48,519 nucleotides of DNA from an uncultured Pseudomonadales bacterium (GCA_964638575.1 CAZWYN010000001.1:1-48519); one strand, 5' to 3'; positions 15,279-24,150 are shown, counted from the first letter of the stretch. The notes: a model not told the origin generated them from the sequence alone. Numbers and translations are program-made.

Positions 15279-16004
15279 ATGGATCTAACTGAAAGACAGA
15301 CTCAAATAATTAAAACGATAGTCGAGGAGTTTACCGAAACGGCCGAAGCTGTTGGTTCGGTTACTCTGGAAAACAAATATCGCCTCGGTGTTTCACCCGC
15401 CACTCTCCGAAATGAGATGGCTGTCCTTGAGGAAAAAGGTTTTCTTACTCAACCTCACACCTCGGCCGGCCGCATTCCTACCCCCATGGCCATCAAGTTT
15501 TATGTCAACGAACTAATGAAAGAAAAAGACTTGTCTGTAGCCGAAGAAGTCAACGTCAAGTCTCGTGTTTGGGACCACCGCTATAACCGCGACGACCTAC
15601 TTCGCGAAGCCACCAAGGTTCTTTCTGAAAGAACTAAGTCTCTCTGCATTGCGACTACCGAAGAAGGCCAAATGTATCACGCCGGTTACGCCAACATTTT
15701 TAACGAAATTGAGTTTCAGGATTTTGAAACCGCCAAAGAGGTTTTTTTTCTTCTCGACCAACACCAACGTCTTCGAGATATCTTTAATCGCGCCGGAAAC
15801 AACTCTCCAATCCACATTCTTGTTGGTGACGAAATGGGCATTGCTCTTCTCCGGCCCGCTAGTTGTGTCTTTGCTGATTTAAATATTGGAGGCCATCGTG
15901 GCAGTCTCGGTATCATCGGTTCTAGTCGCCAGGAATATGATCGCAACATTCCCTTCGTTCGCTACGTTGCCAATTTAGTTAATCAAATAGCTCAAGAATG
16001 GTAA
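15279..16004 (+). CDS. hrcA: Heat-inducible transcription repressor HrcA (short, 241 aa)
   Basis: LTERQTQIIKTIVEEFTETAEAVGSVTL....VSPATLRNEMAVLEEKGFLTQPHTSAGRIPT is the HrcA winged-helix signature. The gene position before grpE-dnaK-dnaJ agrees. Confidence 0.85.
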   Translation: MDLTERQTQIIKTIVEEFTETAEAVGSVTLENKYRLGVSPATLRNEMAVLEEKGFLTQPHTSAGRIPTPMAIKFYVNELMKEKDLSVAEEVNVKSRVWDHRYNRDDLLREATKVLSERTKSLCIATTEEGQMYHAGYANIFNEIEFQDFETAKEVFFLLDQHQRLRDIFNRAGNNSPIHILVGDEMGIALLRPASCVFADLNIGGHRGSLGIIGSSRQEYDRNIPFVRYVANLVNQIAQEW

Positions 16005-16447
16005 AAAAAATTCAATCATCCAAAAAAGAAATTGAAAATCTCAATTTCCAAGTTAACGAGTTAGAAGGTAACTATCGCCGCGCTTTGGCCGATTACCAAA
16101 ACCAGGAACGGCGCTTCAAAGAGACCCAAAACCAAATCGTTAAATTTGCCAACGCCACTCTTCTCGAAAAAATTATTCTCAATCTTGACTCACTTGAAAT
16201 GGCTCAAAAACACCTCAAAGATGCTGGTTTGGAAATTGTTATAAAACAATTCTTGGAAACATTGAAAAATGAAGGACTTCAATTAATTGAATCAGACGGC
16301 AAACTGTTTGACCCTATTACCATGGACTGTATCGAGGTTGTCCCCGGTAAAAAAAATCACGTTGTTTCTACCCTTACCAAAGGTTACTATCTTTTTGACA
16401 AAATACTCCGCCCCGCCAAAGTTAAGGTTGGTTCAGGGGCAAAATAA
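15998..16447 (+). CDS. grpE: Nucleotide exchange factor GrpE (short, 149 aa)
   Basis: A coiled-coil N-terminus (YRRALADYQNQERRFKE) is followed by a C-terminal FDPITMDCIEVV...TKGYYLFDKILRPAKVKV. It overlaps hrcA by 7 nt. Confidence 0.85.
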   Translation: MVKKIQSSKKEIENLNFQVNELEGNYRRALADYQNQERRFKETQNQIVKFANATLLEKIILNLDSLEMAQKHLKDAGLEIVIKQFLETLKNEGLQLIESDGKLFDPITMDCIEVVPGKKNHVVSTLTKGYYLFDKILRPAKVKVGSGAK

Positions 16448-16478
16448 CTAGCATTTATAAATTAATTAAATAAAACAT

Positions 16479-18383
16479 ATGTCCAAAATAATCGGCATCG
16501 ATCTCGGAACCACCAACAGCGCTATTGCTGTTATGGAGGGAGGCAAAGCCAAAATTATTCCTACCTCTGAAGGTAGAAATACTTTCCCTTCAATCGTAGA
16601 ACCAATTAAAAATTTAGTAGGTGATGTTGCCAAACGCCAAATGGTCCTCAACTCTGAAAACACTATCTTTAGTGTCAAAAGATTAATGGGTCAAAAATTT
16701 TCCGGCAAACAAGCTCAAAAAACCAAAGAAATTTCTCCTTACGATATTGAAGCCGGCAAAGATGGCTTGGCCATCATTAAAATTGGAGGTAAAACCTATA
16801 CTCCTCAAGAAATCTCCGCCAAAATATTACAAAAAGCCAAAGCCGACGCTGAAGCCTATCTTGGTCTAACAATTACCGACGCCGTAATCACCGTTCCCGC
16901 CTACTTTGACGACTCTCAGCGCCAAGCCACCAAGCAAGCCGGTGAAATCGCCGGACTCAATGTCCAACGCATCGTCAATGAGCCAACTGCGGCCGCCCTT
17001 GCCTATGGATTAGACAAAGGTAAAAACGAAACCGTCGTTGTTTACGACTTAGGCGGAGGAACCTTTGACGTTTCCATTCTTGAGCTAGGCGATGGTGTTT
17101 TTGAAGTTAAATCCACCAACGGAGACACTTTCCTCGGGGGAGATGACTTTGACCACAAAATCATCGAGTACATTGTTTCCGAATTCAAAAAAGAAAACGG
17201 AGTCGATCTCTCTCTTGATAAACAAGCGCTTCAACGTATCAAAGACGCGGCCGAAAAAGCCAAAATCGAACTTTCCAGTACCACCGAAACAGAGATCAAC
17301 CAACCCTTTATTACCCAGCGTGACGGTCAACCTCTTCACTTAACAATGAAGATTACCAGAGCAAAACTTGAGGAACTTGTTGATGATTTGATTCAAAAAA
17401 CCATCGAACCTATGAAAAAGGCTCTTGCTGACGCCAAGATTGAAAAATCCGCCATTGCCGAAATAATTTTGGTCGGTGGTATGACTCGTATGCCCAAAGT
17501 TCAGCAAGTGGTCAAAGACTTCTTCGGTAAAGAACCCAACAAATCTGTTAACCCAGATGAAGCTGTTGCCCTTGGTGCCGCTATCCAAGGAGGCGTTATC
17601 TCTGGTGACGTCAAAGACGTTTTACTTCTCGATGTCACCCCTCTAACCCTTGGTATTGAAACCATGGGTAGTGTCATGACCCCTCTCATAGAGCGCAATA
17701 CTACTATTCCTTCCAGTAAGTCTCAGATTTTCTCTACCGCGAGCGATAATCAGCCCCAAGTAGAAATTCACATTCTTCAGGGAGAGCGCCCTATGGCATC
17801 AGACAACAAGACACTAGGTAGCTTCGTCCTAGATGGTATCCCCGCCGCTCCTCGTGGTATTCCCCAAATTGAAGTCACCTTTGACATCGATGCCAACGGT
17901 ATTTTGAATGTACAAGCCAAAGACAAAGCGACCGGCAAAGAGCAAAAGATTACCATTAAAAACGCCACCAACCTTTCAGACGAAGAAGTTGAAAGAATGA
18001 AGCAAGAGGCCGAAAAATTCGCCGAAGACGACAAGAAGAAAAAGGAGTTGGTTGACAAGAAAAATGAAGCCGACACTTTAATCATTCAAACCCGTAAAGT
18101 CCTCAAGGACTCCGGTGATAAATTTGACACCACTGCCAAAGAAGAGATCGAAAAGTCTCTCAATGAGTTGGAAGAAGAAATTAAAAAATCCGATTCTACC
18201 ACCGAGTCTGTCGATACCAAACTAAAAGTTGCCACCGAACTTGTCCAAAAACACGCCGAAGCTTTATACAAAGCCGCCGGAGAAAAAGACAAACCTAGTG
18301 AAGAACCAAAAGCAGAAGATGGAAAAGCAGAAGAACCAAAAGCCGATACGGAAAAGGCCGAGGAGGGCGAGGTAGTTGAGTAA
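16479..18383 (+). CDS. dnaK: Chaperone DnaK (Hsp70)
   Basis: [27 protein letters not shown] and [13 protein letters not shown] are the Hsp70 signatures. The protein is 634 aa. Confidence 0.98.
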   Translation: MSKIIGIDLGTTNSAIAVMEGGKAKIIPTSEGRNTFPSIVEPIKNLVGDVAKRQMVLNSENTIFSVKRLMGQKFSGKQAQKTKEISPYDIEAGKDGLAIIKIGGKTYTPQEISAKILQKAKADAEAYLGLTITDAVITVPAYFDDSQRQATKQAGEIAGLNVQRIVNEPTAAALAYGLDKGKNETVVVYDLGGGTFDVSILELGDGVFEVKSTNGDTFLGGDDFDHKIIEYIVSEFKKENGVDLSLDKQALQRIKDAAEKAKIELSSTTETEINQPFITQRDGQPLHLTMKITRAKLEELVDDLIQKTIEPMKKALADAKIEKSAIAEIILVGGMTRMPKVQQVVKDFFGKEPNKSVNPDEAVALGAAIQGGVISGDVKDVLLLDVTPLTLGIETMGSVMTPLIERNTTIPSSKSQIFSTASDNQPQVEIHILQGERPMASDNKTLGSFVLDGIPAAPRGIPQIEVTFDIDANGILNVQAKDKATGKEQKITIKNATNLSDEEVERMKQEAEKFAEDDKKKKELVDKKNEADTLIIQTRKVLKDSGDKFDTTAKEEIEKSLNELEEEIKKSDSTTESVDTKLKVATELVQKHAEALYKAAGEKDKPSEEPKAEDGKAEEPKADTEKAEEGEVVE

Positions 18384-18394
18384 AACTAACAAAT

Positions 18395-18422
18395 TCAGGG
18401 GCTCATTTTTCCGAGCCCCTGA
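18395..18422 (+). promoter_or_regulatory. 10-bp perfect stem-loop between dnaK and dnaJ (TCAGGGGCTC-atttttcc-GAGCCCCTGA)
   Basis: Read directly from the sequence. It is GC-rich and begins 12 nt after the dnaK stop. No U-tract follows, so it looks more like an attenuator or mRNA-stabiliser/processing hairpin than a full terminator. Confidence 0.5.
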
Positions 18423-18444
18423 TAAAATGGTTTGTTAATCACAT

Positions 18445-19305
18445 ATGGCCACTACTAGAGATTACTATGACATCCTGGGTGTATCTAAATCAGCTACTGC
18501 TGCCGAAATAAAATCGGCTTACAGGAAGCTGGCTCTCAAGTGGCATCCCGACAGAAACAAAGAAGCCGATGCTCATGAAAAATTCAAAGAAATCAACGAG
18601 GCTTACGAAGTTTTGAGCAATCCCGAGAAAAAAGCCAAGTTTGATCAGTTTGGCCACGCCGCTTTTAGCAACGGAGGTGGTGGTAATCCGTTCGGTGCCG
18701 GTGGCAATCCTTTTGGTGGTTATTACCAAGCCGGCGGTAACATTAATTTTGAAGACTTATTTGGAGGTGCCGGTGGTTTCTCTGACCCCTTTGATATTTT
18801 CAGCAGTTTTTTTGGGGGGGGATTTGGAGGTCAACAGCACCGCCAGCAAAAAATCCATTACAAACTAAAAATTTCTTTTGATGAAGCCATTCATGGTGCC
18901 GAAAAAACCATCGTTCATCAGGGCAAAGAATACACGGTGAAAATCCCTGCCGGCGCCGATAACGGTACCCAAATTCGTTACTCGGACTTTGATATAAGTT
19001 TTGCCGTCCAACCAAGCAAAATATTTAAACGAGAAGGTTATGACATTATTGTTGACCATGATGTTCCCTTGTCACTAGCCATTCTTGGCGGCGACACTAT
19101 TGTTCCCACACTCGGTGGTGATCTCAAAATTAAAGTTCGCTCCGGCAGTCAACCCGGAACAGTTGTTCGCCTCACAGGCAAAGGGGTAAAACATCTCAGG
19201 GGAAATCAGCACGGAGATCTATATATCCGCTACAACATCAAGATTCCCACCCGCCTCTCCAGCAAACAAAAAGAGCTCCTCAAGAAATTCGAAGAACTTA
19301 ATTAG
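18445..19305 (+). CDS. dnaJ: J-domain co-chaperone DnaJ, class B-like (no zinc-finger domain)
   Basis: The J domain DYYDILGVSKSATAAEIKSAYRKLALKWHPDRNK carries HPD. A Gly/Phe-rich region and C-terminal beta domains follow. There is no CxxCxGxG repeat anywhere in the 286 aa. Confidence 0.85.
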   Translation: MATTRDYYDILGVSKSATAAEIKSAYRKLALKWHPDRNKEADAHEKFKEINEAYEVLSNPEKKAKFDQFGHAAFSNGGGGNPFGAGGNPFGGYYQAGGNINFEDLFGGAGGFSDPFDIFSSFFGGGFGGQQHRQQKIHYKLKISFDEAIHGAEKTIVHQGKEYTVKIPAGADNGTQIRYSDFDISFAVQPSKIFKREGYDIIVDHDVPLSLAILGGDTIVPTLGGDLKIKVRSGSQPGTVVRLTGKGVKHLRGNQHGDLYIRYNIKIPTRLSSKQKELLKKFEELN

Positions 19306-19957
19306 CAGTTTGTCTTGCTTCAATTTCCTTAACCACTTTCACATAAGATTTCTTTTCCGGCGGATCAATACCAATAACTTCCCCCAATTTAATTTTTAGT
19401 TGCGGGTTTTTTGCCATCTCTCCCAAAGCAATTCCAAGAAAAATTCTTTGCCATTCTTGTTCCTCAGTCTTCATCTCCATATCCCAGTCAATTAATACCT
19501 GATTACTATTTTGAATAACCCCCTTCGTCTTCTCTACGTCTTCTACATACATACCAGTTATCATTTTGAAACAAATCTGTGGACCTGTTGGGTTTTCCTT
19601 GTTAAAAATATGAATCAAATTTAAATCCAAACCCAACGCCAAAGCAATTCCTATATCAACTCTTGATCCTTCAGACGGAGTGCCTCCAGCATTCCACAAT
19701 ATATCAACTCTTCCACCACTTTTTGCTGCCTCGTGTAAAAAATTCAACTCTGCCATCACAATGTTGTAACCAGTGGCGTCCTGTTGGGGAGCATCTTTCA
19801 CCGGATTAAACAACCTAATTTCTGGCACATCAAGACTTTTTGCGTGTTCTGCGATTGTCAAAGCCTGCTCTTCTGTTACATTTCTGACGGGAGAGAGTAG
19901 ATAAACTAACTTCTTACTACCCGTTTCCTTATTTGTTTCCGCTTCTTTATTCTTCAT
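19298..19957 (-). CDS. Hypothetical protein, possibly nucleoside 2-deoxyribosyltransferase-like / DUF4406-like fold with a C-terminal extension
   Basis: KLVYLLSPVRN... and VDILWNAGGTPSEGSRVDIGIALALGL loosely resemble the Rossmann-like N-deoxyribosyltransferase/DUF4406 pattern (W..S.G...E...A...G). Its 3-prime end overlaps dnaJ by 8 nt. Confidence 0.3.
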   Translation of the reverse strand: MKNKEAETNKETGSKKLVYLLSPVRNVTEEQALTIAEHAKSLDVPEIRLFNPVKDAPQQDATGYNIVMAELNFLHEAAKSGGRVDILWNAGGTPSEGSRVDIGIALALGLDLNLIHIFNKENPTGPQICFKMITGMYVEDVEKTKGVIQNSNQVLIDWDMEMKTEEQEWQRIFLGIALGEMAKNPQLKIKLGEVIGIDPPEKKSYVKVVKEIEARQTAN

Positions 19958-19973
19958 ATTCTGGATTGTAACA

Positions 19974-19982
19974 TGTTATAAT
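19974..19982 (+). promoter_or_regulatory. Candidate extended -10 element (TGtTATAAT) upstream of nusA
   Basis: TG is at 19974-19975 and TATAAT at 19977-19982. The -35 is weak. The ATG of nusA is 78 nt downstream. Confidence 0.4.
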
Positions 19983-20002
19983 AAGCTCGATTAAGTGTGT
20001 TT

Positions 20003-20026
20003 AGGGCGGCGTAGGTCGTCTTTTTT
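20003..20026 (+). terminator. Weak intrinsic-terminator-like hairpin plus T6 in the nusA leader
   Basis: GGCGGC-guag-GUCGUC followed by UUUUUU. The stem needs G-U pairs, so it forms only in the plus-strand RNA. Confidence 0.3.
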
Positions 20027-20060
20027 CTTAAAACATACAAAAATATAAAATAAAACAAAA

Positions 20061-21269
20061 ATGGATACACAAACTCTATCGGCCAGGACCGAATTTGCCG
20101 CTGCGATTAACCAAATTTGTTCCGAACGCGGTATCGCCCCGGAAACAGTTCTTGAAGCTATCAACACCGCCCTTATTGCTTCTTTTAAAAAAGACTATCC
20201 CGAACAATCGGAAAGGCTTGAAGAAGAAGGCAAAATCATCTCCGCCGACGTCGACTCCGATAACGGTCAATTCCGTTTATTTGTCGGAGAAGAAGGCGCT
20301 AAGAAAAAAGATCTTAAAGAAATTACCCCCCCAGGTTTCGGTCGTATCGCCGCTCAGGCCGCCAAACAGGTAATTTTACAAACTATTCGTGAAGCCGAAC
20401 GCGACTCTGTCCTTGCCGATTATCAGGACCACATTGGCGAAGTCATGACCGGTATGGTTCAGCGTATGGATGGTAGAAACGTTATTATTGACCTTGGTCG
20501 TGGGCAGGCAGTTATGCCTCCGGAAGAACAATCACCCACCGAGTTTTATCGTCTCAACTCTCGCCTCAGCGTTTACCTGAAAGAGATAGCCGACACCATC
20601 AAAGGTCGTCAAATTATTGTTTCGAGAGCCGATGACAGACTCCTATCTGGTCTCTTCCAAAGAGAAGTTCCAGAAGTCAGCGCCGGAAGTGTCGTCATTA
20701 AGGGCGTTGCTCGTGAACCGGGAAGCCGTTCCAAGGTTTCCGTTGAGTCCACTCAACCCGGAGTTGACCCGGTAGGTTCTTGCGTTGGTCAAAAAGGTGT
20801 TCGTGTTCAAGCCGTCATCAACGAACTGAACAACGAAAAAATCGATATCATCCAGTACTCCGAAGACAAAGATAAATACATCAAGGCAGCCTTAGCCCCA
20901 GCCGAAGGCCTTGATATAAGCTACGACAAGACCACCGGTGAAACCATTGTTACTGTTCCTTCAGATCAGCTCTCTCTGGCTATCGGTCGTGGAGGTCAAA
21001 ATGTCAAGCTCGCCGCCAAACTAACTCAAACCAAGCTACGTATTATCTCGGATGAGACCAAAGACATTCAAACCGGTATCGTCGCCACGGGGACGGAAGA
21101 GTTTGAGATTGATCAACTCGGACTAGACACTAAAACCAGAAATCTTCTTATCGAAGCGGAGTTAACTCATATCGAGGATCTCACATCTGATAAACTCGAC
21201 TCAGTCAAAGGCCTCGGCCCCAAGACTCTTGAGAAAATCAAAGCCCAGCTCGCTGTTTACAAAAACTAA
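20061..21269 (+). CDS. nusA: Transcription termination/antitermination factor NusA
   Basis: The S1 domain is GEVMTGMVQRMDGRNVIIDLGRGQAVMPPEEQ. The KH domains are DPVGSCVGQKGVRVQAVINEL and LAIGRGGQNVKLAAKLT. There is a C-terminal HhH. Confidence 0.92.
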   Translation: MDTQTLSARTEFAAAINQICSERGIAPETVLEAINTALIASFKKDYPEQSERLEEEGKIISADVDSDNGQFRLFVGEEGAKKKDLKEITPPGFGRIAAQAAKQVILQTIREAERDSVLADYQDHIGEVMTGMVQRMDGRNVIIDLGRGQAVMPPEEQSPTEFYRLNSRLSVYLKEIADTIKGRQIIVSRADDRLLSGLFQREVPEVSAGSVVIKGVAREPGSRSKVSVESTQPGVDPVGSCVGQKGVRVQAVINELNNEKIDIIQYSEDKDKYIKAALAPAEGLDISYDKTTGETIVTVPSDQLSLAIGRGGQNVKLAAKLTQTKLRIISDETKDIQTGIVATGTEEFEIDQLGLDTKTRNLLIEAELTHIEDLTSDKLDSVKGLGPKTLEKIKAQLAVYKN

Positions 21270-21278
21270 CTTAATCCT

Positions 21279-22679
21279 ATGCCGGACAAAACAACTACCA
21301 CCAGGCCTCCGGTGGTTACTATTCTAGGGCACGTAGATCACGGTAAAACGTCTCTCTTGGACCGAATCAGGCACGCAACGGTCGCTGCTGGCGAAGTTGG
21401 AGGTATTACTCAAGCTATCGGCGCTTATCAAATCGAACACCAAGGGAAGAAAATTACTTTTATTGACACTCCAGGCCATGCCGCTTTCTCCGCCATGCGT
21501 CGTCGTGGTGGTCAAGCTGCTGACGTAGCCATCCTGATCATTGCCGCTGATGACTCGGTCATGCCTCAGACAAAAGAATCCATCGAACACATCAAAGCCG
21601 CTGGTATTCCCTTTGTTGTTGCCGTCAATAAAACCGATCTAGCTGGTGTCAATCCGGAACGCGTTAAAACCGATCTGGCCAATGAAGGAGTTTTTGTTGA
21701 AGGTTACGGTGGTAATGTACCTATAGTCAATATCTCTGCCAAAACAGGTGAGGGAGTTGATGGTTTACTGGAAATAATTCTTCTTTTAGCCGAACTCGAA
21801 GAACTCAAAGATAACTCCGGCGACTGTCCGGCTACTGCTTTGGTGATTGAGTCTTCTATGCATTCTCAAAAAGGCCCCTTGGCCACCTTATTGGTTAAGG
21901 GTGGCGTTTTTGATAAGAATGATCCTCTTTATGACGGCAACGTTGATTTCGGTAAGATCCGTTCTATGCTGGACTTCTCTGGCAAATCAATAGACAAGGC
22001 TACACCCTCAACCCCTTTTCAGGTTATTGGTTTCGACAAAGTTCCCAACATCGGCGACATCATCACCAATGAGCCTTGTGGAGATCAAACTCAAAAAAGC
22101 ACCTTCGGTGCTGCAGACACCGTGAGTGAAGATATTCCGACCGTCATACTCAAGGCCGACGTTCAAGGATCACTGGAAGCTATCTCCGAAAACATCAAAG
22201 ACAAAGCCAATATTGTGTCAAGTTCTGTTGGTTTAGTTACTGACTCTGACATTGAAACCGCCATTGCCACCAAGGCCGAAATTTTAGGTTTTAACGTCAA
22301 GATGTCCGCCCCGGTTGCTCGTATGGCCGAGATCGAACACATAAAGTTTTCAAACTTTAAAATTATTTATCAACTCTTTGACTATCTCAAGGAACTACAA
22401 GAAAAAAAGGCTTCTCAAACCGCCCCCAAAGTAATAACTGTTGGTGAGGCAAAGGTACTGAAAGTATTTAATTTTGGAGGCACTATCGTCTACGGTTGTT
22501 TAATCACTTCAGGAAAAATGAAACTCGGCGACACGATAGGGGACTCCCAAATTACCTCTCTCAAGGTTGGCAAAGCCGACGTTGAGGAAGCTAAAAAAGA
22601 CCAAGAATGTGGTCTAGTTTTGTCTCCCAATACTGAGTATAAAGTTGGTGATATAATGACGGCCACAACTCTAGAATAA
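21279..22679 (+). CDS. infB: Translation initiation factor IF-2, minimal form (466 aa; G domain starts at residue 9)
   Basis: RPPVVTILGHVDHGKTSLLDRIR, DTPGHAAF and NKTD are the G-domain motifs. The position after nusA agrees. Confidence 0.92.
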   Translation: MPDKTTTTRPPVVTILGHVDHGKTSLLDRIRHATVAAGEVGGITQAIGAYQIEHQGKKITFIDTPGHAAFSAMRRRGGQAADVAILIIAADDSVMPQTKESIEHIKAAGIPFVVAVNKTDLAGVNPERVKTDLANEGVFVEGYGGNVPIVNISAKTGEGVDGLLEIILLLAELEELKDNSGDCPATALVIESSMHSQKGPLATLLVKGGVFDKNDPLYDGNVDFGKIRSMLDFSGKSIDKATPSTPFQVIGFDKVPNIGDIITNEPCGDQTQKSTFGAADTVSEDIPTVILKADVQGSLEAISENIKDKANIVSSSVGLVTDSDIETAIATKAEILGFNVKMSAPVARMAEIEHIKFSNFKIIYQLFDYLKELQEKKASQTAPKVITVGEAKVLKVFNFGGTIVYGCLITSGKMKLGDTIGDSQITSLKVGKADVEEAKKDQECGLVLSPNTEYKVGDIMTATTLE

Positions 22680-22686
22680 TAAAATT

Positions 22687-23583
22687 ATGGAAGACAAAAA
22701 ATCGGAAACTACCATCAATAATCTGATTGATTCCGCCAAGTCAGTCATTGTTATTCTTCCTCCAGACTCGGGAAAAGATCTTGTCGCTGCCGGTATTAGT
22801 CTCCATCTTGCTCTTAAGGAAGCCGGCAAAGTTTCTCAAATTGGATGTGGCAGTGAAGTTCACGTTGACTCTCAAATCGAAGGCGTTTCCGAAATTGCCG
22901 ACACTATCGGTAGCCGAAACTTAATTATCTCCTTCGACTACAAAGAAGACGATCTGGACAAAGTCGACTATGATGTCCGTGACGACGGTAAATTTTATTT
23001 ATTAGTCAAACCTAAAGCTGGTGCCCCAGTACCCGATATTGGAGGAGTAAAATACTCTTACTCCGGTGCTTCGGCGGATCTGGTAATTACTCTCGGAATT
23101 GGTTCACTTGAAGAACTTGGTAAAATCTATGCCGACGAGAAAAATTTTCTAGACAGCGCCAACATAATAAGCCTCAACAACTCCCTTCGTCCAGCCGCCT
23201 TTACCTCAAATCTTTATCACCAAAACACCAGCTCTTTTTCCGAGCTTGTTACTAATCTTCTAGAAGAGCTGAAACTCAAAATTAATCCTTCCATTGCCCA
23301 AAATCTCCTTATAAATATCTACGCTAGTACAAATAATCTAACCGGGAGTCATTTAACGGCCGAAACTTTTTCTGCTATTGCTTTCCTCATGCGTGCCGGA
23401 GCCCATCTTCCCAGTAAGCCAGTTCAAGTTCCCAGTTTCTCTCAAGCCCCTTTTTTTGAAATTCCAGCCACTCAACCTGTAGAGGAAAACATTCCTCTTC
23501 CGGAAGAAGAAAGTGCCCCCGTTCCTTCTGACTGGAACAAGCCCAAAATCTTCCGTGTAGGTGACAATCAGGACGCCTCTTAG
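22687..23583 (+). CDS. DHH/NrnA-like protein with degenerate catalytic motifs (probable pseudoenzyme)
   Basis: VIVILPPDSGKDLVAAGISLHLALKEAGKV aligns by eye with NrnA motif I (H.nPDGDa.GS.lal...L...Gk). IISLNNS sits where I.IDHH is expected, and IYASTNNLTG where lytgI.tDTG.F is expected. No DHHA1 GGGH motif is present. Confidence 0.5.
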   Translation: MEDKKSETTINNLIDSAKSVIVILPPDSGKDLVAAGISLHLALKEAGKVSQIGCGSEVHVDSQIEGVSEIADTIGSRNLIISFDYKEDDLDKVDYDVRDDGKFYLLVKPKAGAPVPDIGGVKYSYSGASADLVITLGIGSLEELGKIYADEKNFLDSANIISLNNSLRPAAFTSNLYHQNTSSFSELVTNLLEELKLKINPSIAQNLLINIYASTNNLTGSHLTAETFSAIAFLMRAGAHLPSKPVQVPSFSQAPFFEIPATQPVEENIPLPEEESAPVPSDWNKPKIFRVGDNQDAS

Positions 23584-23719
23584 GTTCTATGTCATATACC
23601 AAAATAAGAAATCCTCATAAAATTTCTCTGAAAACGAGTTAAGACCAGTTCCTGGTCGAAAGCAACGCCAGAGGACAAATATTTCGAGTATTACCAATTT
23701 TATTAACTCAATCTAATTA

Positions 23720-23748
23720 TTGGCAAAATCCCGCCAATCTGTTACAAT
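23720..23748 (+). promoter_or_regulatory. Candidate rpsO promoter (-35 TTGGCA, 17-nt spacer, -10 TACAAT)
   Basis: TTGGCA is at 23720-23725 and TACAAT at 23743-23748, 10 nt before the ATG at 23759. Confidence 0.45.
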
Positions 23749-23758
23749 ACACACCGAT

Positions 23759-24049
23759 ATGGCTCTTAAATCCGAAACCAAAATAGACATCATTAAAACC
23801 TTTGCCGCCAGTGATAAAGACACCGGCTCTCCTCGTGTGCAAATTGCTCTTCTTACCTCCCAAATCGAAGAGTTAACAAACCACTTAAAGGTTCACAAAA
23901 AGGACAACCATTCTCGTCGTGGCCTCTTGAAGATCATTTCCAAGAGACGTCGTCTATTAAACTATCTTGCCAAGTCCAACTCCAAAGATTATCTTGAAGT
24001 TACCAAGTCTCTTAACATTAACAGTCAGTTGCGCGACTCAGCTAAATAA
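23759..24049 (+). CDS. rpsO: 30S ribosomal protein S15
   Basis: [70 protein letters not shown] is a typical S15. The track ORF (23720) starts at a TTG inside the predicted promoter, so I prefer the ATG at 23759. Confidence 0.9.
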   Translation: MALKSETKIDIIKTFAASDKDTGSPRVQIALLTSQIEELTNHLKVHKKDNHSRRGLLKIISKRRRLLNYLAKSNSKDYLEVTKSLNINSQLRDSAK

Positions 24050-24075
24050 GCTTGAGGAGTAAATAGAGCATATCC

Positions 24076-24110
24076 ATCCAAGGGAAGACTCCTTGGGTAT
24101 TTTCTGTTTT
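24076..24110 (+). terminator. Stem-loop plus T-rich tract between rpsO and pnp (partial terminator/attenuator)
   Basis: CCAAGG-gaagact-CCTTGG spans 24078-24096, is extendable by A-U and G-U pairs, and is followed by tattttctgttttcttc. A distal CTTGAG...CTCAAG pair (24051-24056 / 24113-24118) could enclose it. Confidence 0.5.
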
Positions 24111-24150
24111 CTTCTCAAGACCGAGTGGCGCGAAAAAGAAAGGATTCGGG

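Noticed and set aside
17777-18292. Antisense ORFs inside dnaK (17777..18085, 18086..18292) and others inside rpoB, rpoC and pnp.
   Set aside because: These are typical shadow ORFs opposite highly conserved genes, with Ser/Phe-rich nonsense translations.
23720-23758. TTG-initiated N-terminal extension of S15 (track ORF 23720..24049).
   Set aside because: S15 proteins start at the MAL(K/T).E..K sequence found from the ATG at 23759. The extension overlaps a good -35/-10 pair.
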